62,842 nucleotides of DNA, filler included, from 5 parts of 5 records of this genome joined end to end with filler, not necessarily neighbours in it, one strand, 5' to 3'. Positions 10,779 to 20,810 are shown, numbered from the whole stretch's first letter. Notes: generated by a model from the letters alone, not told the origin. Numbers and translations are program-made.

Positions 10779-11918
10779 TTATATATTACTAACCAATTGA
10801 GACTTTCTTATTAAGTCCGCACGCTCTTCAACTTTTCTGACAATATTATCTATCATCTCTTTGTTATCGGTCTTTCCTGTTTTTATGCCAGATGCGTACA
10901 TCATCCCATAGCCAGCCATGCCGCCGGTAAATCCGATATCCGTGAACAAGGCCTCTCCGGGACCATTAACCACGCAGCCTATGATTGATAGACTTATTGG
11001 TTCAGTAATGTGTGCTAGACGATCTTCTAAAATTTGGACTGTTTTTATAACATCAAATCCTTGCCGCGCACAGGAAGGACACGAAATTATATTTACTCCG
11101 CGGGACCGAATCCCTAAAGATTTAAGAATGTCAAACCCCACTTTGACCTCTTCAACAGGGTCGGCTGATAAAGACACTCTTATAGTATCGCCTATTCCTG
11201 CCCATAATAGATTGCCCATACCAATTGAAGATTTCACTGAACCTATCCTTTTGCCTCCTGCTTCTGTAACGCCAAGATGCAGAGGAGCATCAGTGCAATC
11301 GGCAAGTTTTTGATATGCAGCCATCGTTAAAAAAATATCACTGGCTTTGACACTAATCTTATAATTATCAAAGTTTTCATCCTCCAGCATTCGTGCGTGC
11401 ATAAGGGCACTTTCTACCATTGCCTCAGGACATGGTTCACCATATTTCTCTAATAATTCTTTTTCTAGGCTGCCTCCATTAACGCCGATGCGTATTGAAC
11501 AATTATTTGCTTTTGCTGCTGCTACAATTTCTTTTACGCGGTTTTGTCCTCCAATATTTCCTGGGTTAATTCTTAGGCAAGCCACTCCATTATCAGCAGA
11601 TTCAATTCCTCGTTTATAATGAAAGTGAATATCAGCTACAATCGGAACTGAAACTTTATCACAAATCTCTTTCATAGCAGTGCTGCTTTGAATGTCAGGA
11701 ACTGAAACACGAACAATATCTGCTCCGGCGGCCTCTAACTCGTGAATTTGTTTTAAAGTTTCTGGAATATTATGAGTGACTGTATTCGTCATTGATTGAA
11801 CCGCGATTGGTGCCCCCCCGCCAACAGGAACAGACCCAACCATAATTTTCCTAGATTTCCTTCTTTCTATAGTACGCCATGGACGAATTGAATCTATATT
11901 ATCTCTTGCAGAAGTCAT
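10779..11918 (-). CDS. ispG: (E)-4-hydroxy-3-methylbut-2-enyl-diphosphate synthase
   Basis: [41 protein letters not shown]; alternative GTG start at 11954. Confidence 0.97.
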   Translation of the reverse strand: MTSARDNIDSIRPWRTIERRKSRKIMVGSVPVGGGAPIAVQSMTNTVTHNIPETLKQIHELEAAGADIVRVSVPDIQSSTAMKEICDKVSVPIVADIHFHYKRGIESADNGVACLRINPGNIGGQNRVKEIVAAAKANNCSIRIGVNGGSLEKELLEKYGEPCPEAMVESALMHARMLEDENFDNYKISVKASDIFLTMAAYQKLADCTDAPLHLGVTEAGGKRIGSVKSSIGMGNLLWAGIGDTIRVSLSADPVEEVKVGFDILKSLGIRSRGVNIISCPSCARQGFDVIKTVQILEDRLAHITEPISLSIIGCVVNGPGEALFTDIGFTGGMAGYGMMYASGIKTGKTDNKEMIDNIVRKVEERADLIRKSQLVSNI

Positions 11919-11957
11919 ATATGGTTTACTTACATACTTGGTCACAAATTGCACTGA

Positions 11958-12695
11958 TTATTTAAATTGTCTATAGTCGATAATTGCTTCACCTCGTTCA
12001 CCTAAAATGTATCCTTTTTGTAATCCTTTTTTAATTTTGAGGGCGCCCCCATCACGCACTGAGATTGATTCAAGCTCTTCAATATTACCTTTCCACCTTT
12101 CCGAGGTTAGCATAACTTTTGAAAAAATTATTTCACCATTTATATCTTTAACTTGAACCCATGTAGGAGCTACTGCCTCCAGTATTATAGTTCCATTATT
12201 TGAATATGCGATGTAATTATTTTTCCAATAGACAGGGAAAAAATTTTCTATTTCTGATGGTGAAAATATATAATCTGGTTCTAAATTCTTACTATTAAAA
12301 CTCAAAATTACATTTTGGGAGAATATTTTTGGTCTGAATAGAATTAATATAAGGATGATGAGGGCTAAAAACCCTATGATCAAGAAATACTTATTGAAAG
12401 ATCTAGGCTTAACTAAAGGACTTGATTTTTGTGATTTGCTATCATTTGTACTTCTGCTTTCACTTTTAAACCTTTCTACAGCGTAATTCCCATCTATTCC
12501 AAGGTAGTTTGCATACGATCTAATATACCCGAATACATACCCAATTGTTGGAAGCTCATATAGATCACAATTTTCTATTGACTCTAAGTATTTGGCTTGA
12601 ATTTTTATATCTTCTGATACGTCAGAAAATGATAAATTAAGTTTGATACGCGCATCGCGTAACTCTATTCCGATATGATTGATTTTTTTTTGCAC
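11958..12695 (-). CDS. rodZ: RodZ-like protein (HTH, TM, DUF4115)
   Basis: N-terminal HTH (LRDAR...YLESIE...GYIRSYANYLG), one TM, TWVQVKD C-terminal domain; conserved position upstream of ispG. Confidence 0.85.
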   Translation of the reverse strand: MQKKINHIGIELRDARIKLNLSFSDVSEDIKIQAKYLESIENCDLYELPTIGYVFGYIRSYANYLGIDGNYAVERFKSESRSTNDSKSQKSSPLVKPRSFNKYFLIIGFLALIILILILFRPKIFSQNVILSFNSKNLEPDYIFSPSEIENFFPVYWKNNYIAYSNNGTIILEAVAPTWVQVKDINGEIIFSKVMLTSERWKGNIEELESISVRDGGALKIKKGLQKGYILGERGEAIIDYRQFK

Positions 12696-12851
12696 TCTAA
12701 ATAGGCTCTTGATGTAAAAAATGATTTTTTATATTCGATGATGGTTAATAACATATAAGAATAAGATTCAATAGATAGTTAAAGAATTTTATATTAATAA
12801 GTTAATCCGTCACATGTTAATTTAGGTATTTTATCAGTTAAGAGTTATAGT

Positions 12852-13349
12852 ATGAGTTTTATTAATAAACATATTCCGGCACTTGCGATAATTTTATCTG
12901 GTAGTGCATTAGTCTTAGCTTGGATTTTTGAATACGGTTTTGGTTATCTTCCATGCACTATGTGTTATTGGCAACGTTATGCGCATGTTTTCGTAATTTT
13001 TATTGCTGTTTTGATGTTGTTAGTACGCCGCCATAGTAATCAGTACACTTTTCATATGAATATTTTACTAATATTAGCATTTTTAGTATCGGCAACATTA
13101 GCACTTTGGCACACTGGTGTAGAATTTAACTGGTGGGATGGCCCTGAAACATGCAGTTCCAATAATCAAAACTATAAATTTGATATTAACAACCCACTTT
13201 CAGGGCTGGATGAAATAATTAGACCTCCGGCATGTAGTAAGGCTGTTTGGCATTTTCTGGGTTTGTCTATGGCGGCTTGGAATTTTCTAATATCATTGTC
13301 TGGAGCACTCATGGCTTCATTGGCGATACGACTGGATTTAGAAAAATGA
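12852..13349 (+). CDS. dsbB: Disulfide bond formation protein B family
   Basis: PCTMCYWQR, four TM segments, second Cys pair, FLGLSMAAWN. Confidence 0.9.
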   Translation: MSFINKHIPALAIILSGSALVLAWIFEYGFGYLPCTMCYWQRYAHVFVIFIAVLMLLVRRHSNQYTFHMNILLILAFLVSATLALWHTGVEFNWWDGPETCSSNNQNYKFDINNPLSGLDEIIRPPACSKAVWHFLGLSMAAWNFLISLSGALMASLAIRLDLEK

Positions 13350-13891
13350 GTTATAAAGCAAAGAATTATCAGTCTCATAATATATCAAAGATGTTACGTG
13401 TTGATCATGCGGGTGAATATGGGGCTGTAGCAATTTACAAAGGTCAGCAAGCAGTTTTTAAGCGAAACTTTAAGACTGCTTCTACGGCTTCTAAATTATC
13501 CGAAATGGAACAGGAAGAACAAAAGCACTTGGATGCGTTTGATAAATTATTAATTGAGAAAAATGTTCGTCCAACTGCTTTGATGCCATTGTGGAATATT
13601 GCGGGTTATGGTTTGGGAGTACTCACTGCAATGATTAGTGAGAAAGCGGCACATGCATGTACAGAAGCTGTTGAAAGTGTAATTGAACAGCACTATGCTG
13701 AGCAAGCTGAGAAAATTAAAGATATTGACCCTGATTTATCAGATTTGTTTAAAGAATTTCGAGAAGATGAGCTTCATCACCGAGATATTGCTGTTGAAAG
13801 TGGGGCGCATGAGGCCCCAGCATATAATCTATTATCAAATATCATAAAAGCAGGTTGTCATGCAGCTATTAAAATTACTAAGGTTATTTAG
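13346..13891 (+). CDS. coq7: Demethoxyubiquinone hydroxylase (Coq7 di-iron family)
   Basis: RVDHAGEYGA..IY.GQ, EEQKH, CTEAVE..IEQHY, DELHH; ATG at 13346 overlaps the dsbB stop (ATGA). Confidence 0.92.
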   Translation: MSYKAKNYQSHNISKMLRVDHAGEYGAVAIYKGQQAVFKRNFKTASTASKLSEMEQEEQKHLDAFDKLLIEKNVRPTALMPLWNIAGYGLGVLTAMISEKAAHACTEAVESVIEQHYAEQAEKIKDIDPDLSDLFKEFREDELHHRDIAVESGAHEAPAYNLLSNIIKAGCHAAIKITKVI

Positions 13892-13900
13892 ATACCTTTT

Positions 13901-14074
13901 TTAATCAGATGTAATTTTAATAGACCCGTCGCCTCTCATTAACGGCTTTATAGGATTTATCGTTAAAATTTTTAATAAAGTCATTAGCTTAACTCTACGT
14001 TGAATAGTTTTTCTATCTTTCCATATTAATGGAAGCCCTTTTACTCCATCATAAATACCACGTAATGTAGGCTT
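13901..14074 (-). CDS. C-terminal fragment of a protein, possibly a GT2 glycosyltransferase
   Basis: Open frame KPTLRGIYDGVKGLPLIWKDRKTIQRR...SD* running from the contig end; resembles GT2 C-termini. Confidence 0.4.
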   Translation of the reverse strand, partial: KPTLRGIYDGVKGLPLIWKDRKTIQRRVKLMTLLKILTINPIKPLMRGDGSIKITSD

Positions 14075-14075
14075 T

Positions 14076-14175
14076 NNNNNNNNNNNNNNNNNNNNNNNNN
14101 NNNNNNNNNNNNNNNNNNNTTAATTAATTAANNNNNNNNNNNNNNNNNNNNNNNNNNNNNNNNNNNNNNNNNNNN
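14076..14175. other. Artificial contig-joining spacer
   Basis: 100 nt of N-runs around TTAATTAATTAA (stops in all six frames); composition and gene content change abruptly across it. Confidence 0.98.
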
Positions 14176-14176
14176 A

Positions 14177-15268
14177 GCAGAGACTGGTCGTATCTACATT
14201 ATGAATCTCGACCACTGTAACACTCACTCATCCTTCCTAGACAAGGTGGAGATGTCTAACCTCTGTCAGGAGATTACACTACCCACTAAACCACTCAATC
14301 ATATTGATGATGAGAACGGCGAGATTGCCTTGTGTATTCTCTCTGCTATCAACATCGGTAAGATTCGTCAACTGGAGGAGATGGAAGACCTATGTGACCT
14401 AGCAGTCCGTAGTCTCGATGAGTTGATTGACTTCCAAGGATATCCCATCAAGGCAGCAGAGATTGCTACCAAGAATCGTCGCTCACTTGGTGTTGGTTTC
14501 ATTGGACTAGCACACTACCTAGCAAAGAATCACGTCTCCTACGATGCCCCTGAAGCGTGGCAAATGGTCCACGACCTATCAGAGCACTTCCAATACTATT
14601 TGATTCGCTCCACGGTCAACCTGGCGAAGGAGAAGGGTGCTTGTGGATACTCTGACCGTACCAAGTATTCGAGAGGTATTCTGCCCATTGATACTTATAA
14701 GAAGGATGTTGATGGTATTGTCCCCAATGTTCTCAAACTAGACTGGGAAGATCTCCGTAAGGACTGTAAGGTCTATGGTGTCCGTAACTCCACTCTAAGC
14801 GCACAGATGCCCTCTGAGTCCTCCTCAGTCGTCTGTAACGCCACCAATGGTATCGAACCACCTCGTGGTCACCTCTCCATTAAGAAGAGCAAGAAAGGAC
14901 CTCTCAAGCAGATCGTTCCTTCATACAATTCATTGAAGAATTACTACTCTCTTCTATGGGATATGAAAGACAATAAAGGTTATATAAATATCGTTGCTGT
15001 GATGCAAAAATTCTTCGACCAAGCAATCTCAGGTAACTGGTCCTATAACCCCAAAAACTACCCCAACAATGAGGTACCAGTATCTGTAATGGTCCAAGAT
15101 TGGCTCACTACATACAAATACGGTTGGAAGACATCCTACTATCAGAACACATACGATATGTCATCGGATGGTGTCGAAGAGGAGAAGAAGGAAGAGGACA
15201 GTCCCGAAGAACTTCTCGCCCAACTTGAGAATATGGACGATGACAATTGTGAATCTTGCAAGTTGTGA
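14177..15268 (+). CDS. nrdA: Ribonucleotide reductase class Ia alpha subunit, 5'-truncated (cyanophage)
   Basis: ETGRIY, SNLCQEI, ALCILSA, MPSESSS, NGIEP, KTSYY, C-terminal CESCKL. Confidence 0.97.
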   Translation, partial: AETGRIYIMNLDHCNTHSSFLDKVEMSNLCQEITLPTKPLNHIDDENGEIALCILSAINIGKIRQLEEMEDLCDLAVRSLDELIDFQGYPIKAAEIATKNRRSLGVGFIGLAHYLAKNHVSYDAPEAWQMVHDLSEHFQYYLIRSTVNLAKEKGACGYSDRTKYSRGILPIDTYKKDVDGIVPNVLKLDWEDLRKDCKVYGVRNSTLSAQMPSESSSVVCNATNGIEPPRGHLSIKKSKKGPLKQIVPSYNSLKNYYSLLWDMKDNKGYINIVAVMQKFFDQAISGNWSYNPKNYPNNEVPVSVMVQDWLTTYKYGWKTSYYQNTYDMSSDGVEEEKKEEDSPEELLAQLENMDDDNCESCKL

Positions 15269-15312
15269 GATTTGACTGTGTCTGCTAATATGGTAAACAA
15301 CTACACAACGCT

Positions 15313-16485
15313 ATGGATTTCGTAAAAGAGGCAACTCCTAAGTCCATTGAGGGCATGACTGTCTTCAATTCCAAGGAGGTTGATACAAAGAAACAACCGA
15401 TGTTCTTTGGTCAACCTCTTGGTGTCCAGAGGTATGATACATACAAATATCCCGTCTTCGAAAAACTAACACAACAACAAATTGGTTACTTCTGGCAACC
15501 AGAAGAAATCTCATTGCAGAAAGACAGGGCAGACTATCAGAAGTTACGCCCTGAGCAGAAACATATCTTCACCAGTAACCTCAAGTATCAGATTCTATTG
15601 GATTCTGTACAGGGTCGTGGTCCTGGTATGGCATTTGCTCCCTACTGCTCACTACCTGAGTTGGAAGGATGTCTGAAGGTATGGGAGTTTATGGAGATGA
15701 TTCACTCCCGCTCATACACATATATCATCAAGAATATCTACCCAGACCCCTCTGAAGTATTCGATACTATCCTTAAGGATGAGAAGATTCTAGAGCGTGC
15801 TGAGTCAGTGACTGGTGCTTATAATGATTTCATCAATGCTGCTCACGAGTATGATGCTAGCAACCAGTGGAAGCACGCCCTAGAGGATGTTGATTCTGCT
15901 CAGCAAGACCGTTACGAACTAAAGCGTAAACTCTATCGTGCTGTTGCTAATGTGAATATTCTTGAAGGAATTCGTTTCTATGTTTCATTCGCCTGCTCCT
16001 TTGCTTTCGGTGAGTTGAAACTAATGGAAGGGTCAGCAAAAATCATTAGTCTTATTGCTCGTGATGAGTCACAGCACCTAGTCATCAGTCAGAATATTCT
16101 GAAAAACTGGGAGAAAGGTGATGACCCTGATATGGTCCAGATTGCTGCTGAAGAGCGTGACTGGATTGAGAACACCTTCCGTTCTGCTGTAGAGCAGGAG
16201 AAGCAGTGGGCAGAGTACCTGTTCCAAGATGGGTCTATGATTGGACTCAACGAGAAACTACTTGCTAACTACATTGAGTGGGTTGCTAATCGTCGTATGA
16301 AGGCAATTGGTTTGGACCCAATCTATGATGTTCCTGCTAAGCACAATCCATTACCTTGGACTGAGCACTGGACTAACTCTAAGTCTGTTCAAGTAGCACC
16401 ACAGGAGACAGAAATCACCTCCTATATCAGTGGTGGTTTGAATCAAGATATGAAGGAGAATCAGTTCGCTGACTTCTCTCTATAA
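15313..16485 (+). CDS. nrdB: Ribonucleotide reductase class Ia beta subunit
   Basis: FWQPEE, LDSVQGR, EMIHSRSY, LEGIRFYVSF, RDESQH, VAPQETEITSY. Confidence 0.97.
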   Translation: MDFVKEATPKSIEGMTVFNSKEVDTKKQPMFFGQPLGVQRYDTYKYPVFEKLTQQQIGYFWQPEEISLQKDRADYQKLRPEQKHIFTSNLKYQILLDSVQGRGPGMAFAPYCSLPELEGCLKVWEFMEMIHSRSYTYIIKNIYPDPSEVFDTILKDEKILERAESVTGAYNDFINAAHEYDASNQWKHALEDVDSAQQDRYELKRKLYRAVANVNILEGIRFYVSFACSFAFGELKLMEGSAKIISLIARDESQHLVISQNILKNWEKGDDPDMVQIAAEERDWIENTFRSAVEQEKQWAEYLFQDGSMIGLNEKLLANYIEWVANRRMKAIGLDPIYDVPAKHNPLPWTEHWTNSKSVQVAPQETEITSYISGGLNQDMKENQFADFSL

Positions 16486-16491
16486 TAAATA
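16485..16491 (+). promoter_or_regulatory. T4-like late promoter (ATAAATA)
   Basis: ATAAATA upstream of the 16519 ORF; further copies at 19072-19078 and 21614-21620. Confidence 0.55.
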
Positions 16492-16518
16492 ACTCGAAGC
16501 ACTCCACCGACTTTATCA

Positions 16519-16965
16519 ATGACAAGAGAAGAACTAATTGAACTCGCACTACTTGGATCACAAGGGTGTGACCTTAACGAAGACGCTACAAACATGTACG
16601 TTGATATTGCAGAACATCTTATCACCAGAGGACACGCCAGCACTATTACTGAAATCGATATAATCTTAGAAGGTATGTCTGTGGAGGACGCTTCTAGTAT
16701 GCTCGATTTGATTGATAGTGGAGAGTCTCTCGAAGAGGGACACAAGGAGATTGCTACTGGTGAAGAGATGGATGCTGAGGGGTATATGCTCCTCCGTCAA
16801 CTAGCGACTGTTGAGGAGTCACTTAACAGGATTCGCACATATGTTGGTGGTGATAGTATGATTCAATTGCCTGCTTGGGTCCAAGCAAAGATGGCAGTTG
16901 CCGCAACGGATATAGACACCGTTGCTGATTATCTGCTCTCATCGGCAGAAGCACCTAGTAAATAA
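16519..16965 (+). CDS. Acidic hypothetical protein with WVQAK domain, possibly virion-internal
   Basis: Late promoter upstream; SLEEG possible prohead-protease site; C-terminal D.E..M...LPAWVQAKMAVAA..I..V.DY aligns by eye with the ORF at 35058. Confidence 0.6.
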   Translation: MTREELIELALLGSQGCDLNEDATNMYVDIAEHLITRGHASTITEIDIILEGMSVEDASSMLDLIDSGESLEEGHKEIATGEEMDAEGYMLLRQLATVEESLNRIRTYVGGDSMIQLPAWVQAKMAVAATDIDTVADYLLSSAEAPSK

Positions 16966-16972
16966 ATTCTTT

Positions 16973-16999
16973 AAGGAGTCGTTAATGACTCCTTTTTTT
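16973..16999 (+). terminator. Rho-independent terminator
   Basis: AAGGAGTC-GTTAAT-GACTCCTT followed by a T tract. Confidence 0.85.
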
Positions 17000-17041
17000 A
17001 TGGTTATATGATACTATATAACAGAGTTTATTTTAACTAAA

Positions 17042-18016
17042 ATGAAACGCTTATTGACTGCCCTTGTAGCAGGACTGTCTGTAACCGCCTGTTCCAGTCA
17101 AGGAACAGTATCACAATTAAATGCCGCTGGTGCTACATTTCCAGCACCTCTCTATCAGGCATGGAGTCATTCATATAATGAAGTATCAGGAAATCAAGTC
17201 AACTATCAAGCAGTTGGTAGTGGTGCTGGTGTCCGTCAGTATACCGCTAATACTGTTGATTTTGGTGCTTCTGATGCTGCTATCCCAGATGGGAAATTAC
17301 CAGAGCAGGGAGTTGTCCAGATTCCTACCACTGGTGGAGCAATCGCTGTCGTATATAATGAATCCTCTTGTCCATCCGATTTGATGTTGACACAAGAGAA
17401 TCTTGTAGATGTTTATATGGGTCATATCGACAACTGGTCTGAACTCGGTTGTGGTGATAGGACTATTATTCCTGTCTATCGCTCCGATGGTTCTGGTACC
17501 ACGAAGGGATTCACTGCTTCTCTATCAGCATTCTCTGAGGAATGGAGAAGGGAAGTTGGTTCAGGTAAGGCAGTTGAATGGCCTGTAGGTATTGGTGCTA
17601 AGGGCAACTCTGGTGTTTCTGGTCAGGTACAGAATATTCCAGGCACCATTGCATATGTAAACTACGGATACGTTGCTCAGATCGCCTCTGTTGCCAATGT
17701 AGCGGCATTGGAGAACGCCAATGGTCAGTTTATTATGCCCTCTTCTACTAGCGCCTCTGTGGGTCTAGCAGGCATTCAGTTGGATGACCAACTCCGTGGG
17801 TCTGATCCTAACCCAGCAGGTGTTGGAGCGTATCCTATCGTCTCCTACACTTGGATTCTTGCTTATCCTGAGCATGAGAATAACGAGGTTACTAAAGACT
17901 GGTTACGATACATTATGTCTGACGATGCTCAGAATATGACTGAGGAGTTGGGGTATGTGCCTCTCCCATATGAAACGAGACTCGCTGCCTTAGAGCGAAT
18001 CGAACAACTAAAATAA
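17042..18016 (+). CDS. pstS: Phosphate ABC transporter substrate-binding protein (phage auxiliary gene)
   Basis: Lipobox VTAC, AGATFPAPLY, VGSGAG, DFGASD, RSDGSGTT, GAKGNSGV, YPIVSYTW. Confidence 0.96.
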   Translation: MKRLLTALVAGLSVTACSSQGTVSQLNAAGATFPAPLYQAWSHSYNEVSGNQVNYQAVGSGAGVRQYTANTVDFGASDAAIPDGKLPEQGVVQIPTTGGAIAVVYNESSCPSDLMLTQENLVDVYMGHIDNWSELGCGDRTIIPVYRSDGSGTTKGFTASLSAFSEEWRREVGSGKAVEWPVGIGAKGNSGVSGQVQNIPGTIAYVNYGYVAQIASVANVAALENANGQFIMPSSTSASVGLAGIQLDDQLRGSDPNPAGVGAYPIVSYTWILAYPEHENNEVTKDWLRYIMSDDAQNMTEELGYVPLPYETRLAALERIEQLK

Positions 18017-18022
18017 AACACT

Positions 18023-18056
18023 GGGGCTTGACTGCCCCTTTTTTTTGTATTATAAT
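18023..18056 (+). terminator. Terminator whose loop is the -35 box of an overlapping sigma70-type promoter
   Basis: GGGGC-TTGACT-GCCCC-T8; TTGACT (18028-18033), 17-nt spacer, TATAAT (18051-18056). Confidence 0.8.
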
Positions 18057-18086
18057 CGACCTTGTGGAGGTTAAAGAGACAGAGCT

Positions 18087-18620
18087 ATGACTATTAAGGT
18101 AATTGATAATTTTTTACCAGAAGATGTCCATATGGAAATCTTTAGACATCTCTATCAGGGTTCTAAATGGTCCTTTACTGGAGGAAACATCTCTAGGTTT
18201 TGGCACGTAGATAATCTAGAAAAAGAATCATACTATAATGATTTCTTATGGAACACTTATATTAAACCTCTTGCTCCCAATGGATATACTCCCGATAGAA
18301 TATATGCCAACGGACAGACAGCAGGACAAAGCGGAGAGTTACATACTGATGGAGGAGACCTTACGGTACTGTACTATCCAAATCCAAGTTGGAATGTGTC
18401 ATTTGGTGGGTCATTATCATTTGTGAAGTTATTTGATAATGAAAGAGACCACGAGATATTCAAGACTGTTGCTTACAAAGCAAATAGATGTGTGATATTT
18501 CCAGCAAAGACACCACATATTGCTGAGGCACCTACTAGAGAATTCGGAGAAGTTAGAATTTCTCTAGCATTTAAATTGTATAAAGAAGGTAAAACACCTA
18601 TACCTGGACGATACATATAG
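18087..18620 (+). CDS. 2OG-Fe(II) oxygenase
   Basis: VIDNFL, HTD (HxD), W...GG, NRCVIF...H, R.SLAFK; family abundant in cyanomyoviruses. Confidence 0.88.
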   Translation: MTIKVIDNFLPEDVHMEIFRHLYQGSKWSFTGGNISRFWHVDNLEKESYYNDFLWNTYIKPLAPNGYTPDRIYANGQTAGQSGELHTDGGDLTVLYYPNPSWNVSFGGSLSFVKLFDNERDHEIFKTVAYKANRCVIFPAKTPHIAEAPTREFGEVRISLAFKLYKEGKTPIPGRYI

Positions 18621-18644
18621 ATAGTGTTAGAATAACTATAGTAT

Positions 18645-19079
18645 GTGAAAGAAGTAGACTATGAGAATCCCTGGATATATCTGGAGAGACCTTTTAATAG
18701 TGACGATATTCTCGATAACTTTGGTTTTGTTTATCGTATTACCAATCTCACCAACCAGCGAATCTATCTCGGACGAAAGGTCTTTTGGTTTCGTAGAAAA
18801 CCACCAGGCGGAAAGCGTAAAGTAAAAAAGGAATCTGATTGGAAAAAGTATTACGGATCTAGTGATGAACTTAAAGCGGATGTCAAAGCACTTGGGAAGG
18901 AAAACTTCAGCAGGGAAATTATTTCGTTGCATACGACTCTGGGCAAAACAAACTTTGCAGAAACAGAAGCACTCTTCAAATATAATGTCCTAAGAGAAAA
19001 GATGGAAGACGGAAGTCCTCTGTATTACAACTCAAACATCTTATCGAGATATTACCGTAAGGACTACTTCGATAAATAA
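18645..19079 (+). CDS. GIY-YIG-like endonuclease, conserved in T4-like cyanophages
   Basis: GFVYRITN...IYLGRK, ESDWKKYYGSS, YYNSNI. Confidence 0.8.
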   Translation: MKEVDYENPWIYLERPFNSDDILDNFGFVYRITNLTNQRIYLGRKVFWFRRKPPGGKRKVKKESDWKKYYGSSDELKADVKALGKENFSREIISLHTTLGKTNFAETEALFKYNVLREKMEDGSPLYYNSNILSRYYRKDYFDK

Positions 19080-19108
19080 ATTATCGTTTTTGTCCAAATG
19101 GAATTCTA

Positions 19109-20332
19109 ATGAAAATCGATTTCGAGAATTTCTTCCAATACTATGATGAGACACTAAAACATCATAGGGAAGCAGTCTCACAACTAGAAGAAGCAATTGG
19201 AAAATTAGATTCTTCACTCCTCACTGATGAGGCAGAATGGGTTAAGACTTACCGAAACAAAGTCGATACTAAACCAGAGGTGGAGGACAGGGAGATTATT
19301 CTCCCAGTACCCTACTACCCTCAGACAGATAATTACACACAGGCAGAGAGAACTTGTAACTCATCCTCTTGCGCGATGTGTTTGGAATATTTTAAACCGG
19401 GCACTCTACAAGGTCCAAAGGGTGATGACGCGTATATTCGTGAAGTATTTGCCGTAGGAGATACTACAGACCATACAGTACAAACAAAAGTATTGGAAGA
19501 CTATGGTGTAAAGTCGTCATTCAAATACAACCTATCATTTGAAGACATTGATAGAGAGTTAGAAGCAAAGAGACCTGTCGTCATCGGTGTGATGCACAGA
19601 GGACCTGCTAGTGCCCCTACAGGCGGTCATATGATCGTTGTGATAGGTAAGACAGATAAGGGTGACTATGTCTGTAACGACCCCTATGGGAGTATGCTGG
19701 ATGGTTACACGAGCAATGTATACAACGGCAAGGAAGTTGTCTACTCATATGCTGAGTTGAAAGCACGCTGGACTGTAGATGGTCCTAACGATGGATGGGG
19801 TCGTATCTTTTATGCTAAGGTAGAAGACAAGACTTCTGACTACGGTAAACTACCTTCCGCTGGTGTAGAGTTAATCAAGCAGTTTGAAGGTCTACACGAT
19901 TTGAGAAGTGATGGTATGGTCCACGCTTATCCTGATCCACTCTCTGGAGCACTACCAATCACCATTGGTTGGGGGTCTACAAAGGACCTAGATGGTAGTT
20001 TGTTTGAACTTGGTGACAAAATCTCTAGGGAAAAAGCGAATATATTATTATCAAATCAACTACAATACGATTATCTTCCTATACTAGAGAGGTCAATTCC
20101 TTTCTGGTACGAGATGAATGACAACAAGAGAGGAGCACTTTTATCCTTTGGATATAACCTAGGTGCGAATTTCTACGGCAATCCAGGTTTTGATACCATA
20201 ACAAGAGTGCTCAAAGAGCACGAATGGGACAAAGTTCCTGATGCCATGTACCTATATAGAAATCCAGGCACTGCTGTCGAAGAAGGTCTAGCAAGGCGTC
20301 GTAAGGCGGAGGGTGATCTCTGGATGAGTTAA
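19109..20332 (+). CDS. Modular lysin: C39-like cysteine peptidase fused to a GH24 lysozyme
   Basis: VPYYPQ...TCNSSSCAM, GGHMIVVIG, NDPYG; then LIKQFEG..AYPDP..TIGWG..ALLSFGYNLG..GLARRRKAE; late promoter at 19072. Confidence 0.88.
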   Translation: MKIDFENFFQYYDETLKHHREAVSQLEEAIGKLDSSLLTDEAEWVKTYRNKVDTKPEVEDREIILPVPYYPQTDNYTQAERTCNSSSCAMCLEYFKPGTLQGPKGDDAYIREVFAVGDTTDHTVQTKVLEDYGVKSSFKYNLSFEDIDRELEAKRPVVIGVMHRGPASAPTGGHMIVVIGKTDKGDYVCNDPYGSMLDGYTSNVYNGKEVVYSYAELKARWTVDGPNDGWGRIFYAKVEDKTSDYGKLPSAGVELIKQFEGLHDLRSDGMVHAYPDPLSGALPITIGWGSTKDLDGSLFELGDKISREKANILLSNQLQYDYLPILERSIPFWYEMNDNKRGALLSFGYNLGANFYGNPGFDTITRVLKEHEWDKVPDAMYLYRNPGTAVEEGLARRRKAEGDLWMS

Positions 20333-20342
20333 TTACATTATT

Positions 20343-20810
20343 ATGACTTCATCTAACGAGCATACAGTTATGGAAACCTTTCGCCACTGGTTTAGTGGTG
20401 AATGGGACAATTCGAGACAAGCACAGATGTACCCAAACAGGTGTGCATTTGTGCATGTTATTCACGAGGAGGTAGAGGATAGTCTGTGGAGATGTTCTTA
20501 CAGATTCCACCGTTCTAAAATTCCTTATAGAGATTTTACTCTAAATCAGATGTATCGGGATGGATGCATTATACTAAAAAATGGACCAGTCCAGATGGAA
20601 TGGTCCATAGTCAATGGAAATTTTGCTTGTAGTGATGTAACTAATAAAAATGAGGTTAGTCATTTCTATGAAGCAACTCTAGGAAAGAATCATTTCTTTG
20701 TCGAAGACAAAGCATGGAGAGGTGAGAATCAGTTGTGGGGTTTAGATGAAGGAGTATTGTATGAATTCAGACCATCCATTTTGTTAAGAGGTGGGTCACA
20801 GTCGTCATAG
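20343..20810 (+). CDS. cpeT: CpeT/CpcT-like bilin lyase (divergent)
   Basis: F..WFSGEWDNSRQAQMYP..CAFVHVIH, PYR, DKAW....LWG.....YEF, pattern of phage T-type lyases. Confidence 0.72.
   Translation: MTSSNEHTVMETFRHWFSGEWDNSRQAQMYPNRCAFVHVIHEEVEDSLWRCSYRFHRSKIPYRDFTLNQMYRDGCIILKNGPVQMEWSIVNGNFACSDVTNKNEVSHFYEATLGKNHFFVEDKAWRGENQLWGLDEGVLYEFRPSILLRGGSQSS

Noticed and set aside
14076-14175. TTAATTAATTAA palindrome recurring four times inside N-runs
   Set aside because: Identical 100-nt spacers with stops in all six frames: a concatenation artifact, not a biological repeat or att site
18645-19079. GIY-YIG protein as a mobile homing endonuclease or intron marker near nrdAB
   Set aside because: Short, free-standing, no DNA-binding tail, and it looks like the conserved cyanophage family; the visible nrdA and nrdB frames have no intron or intein
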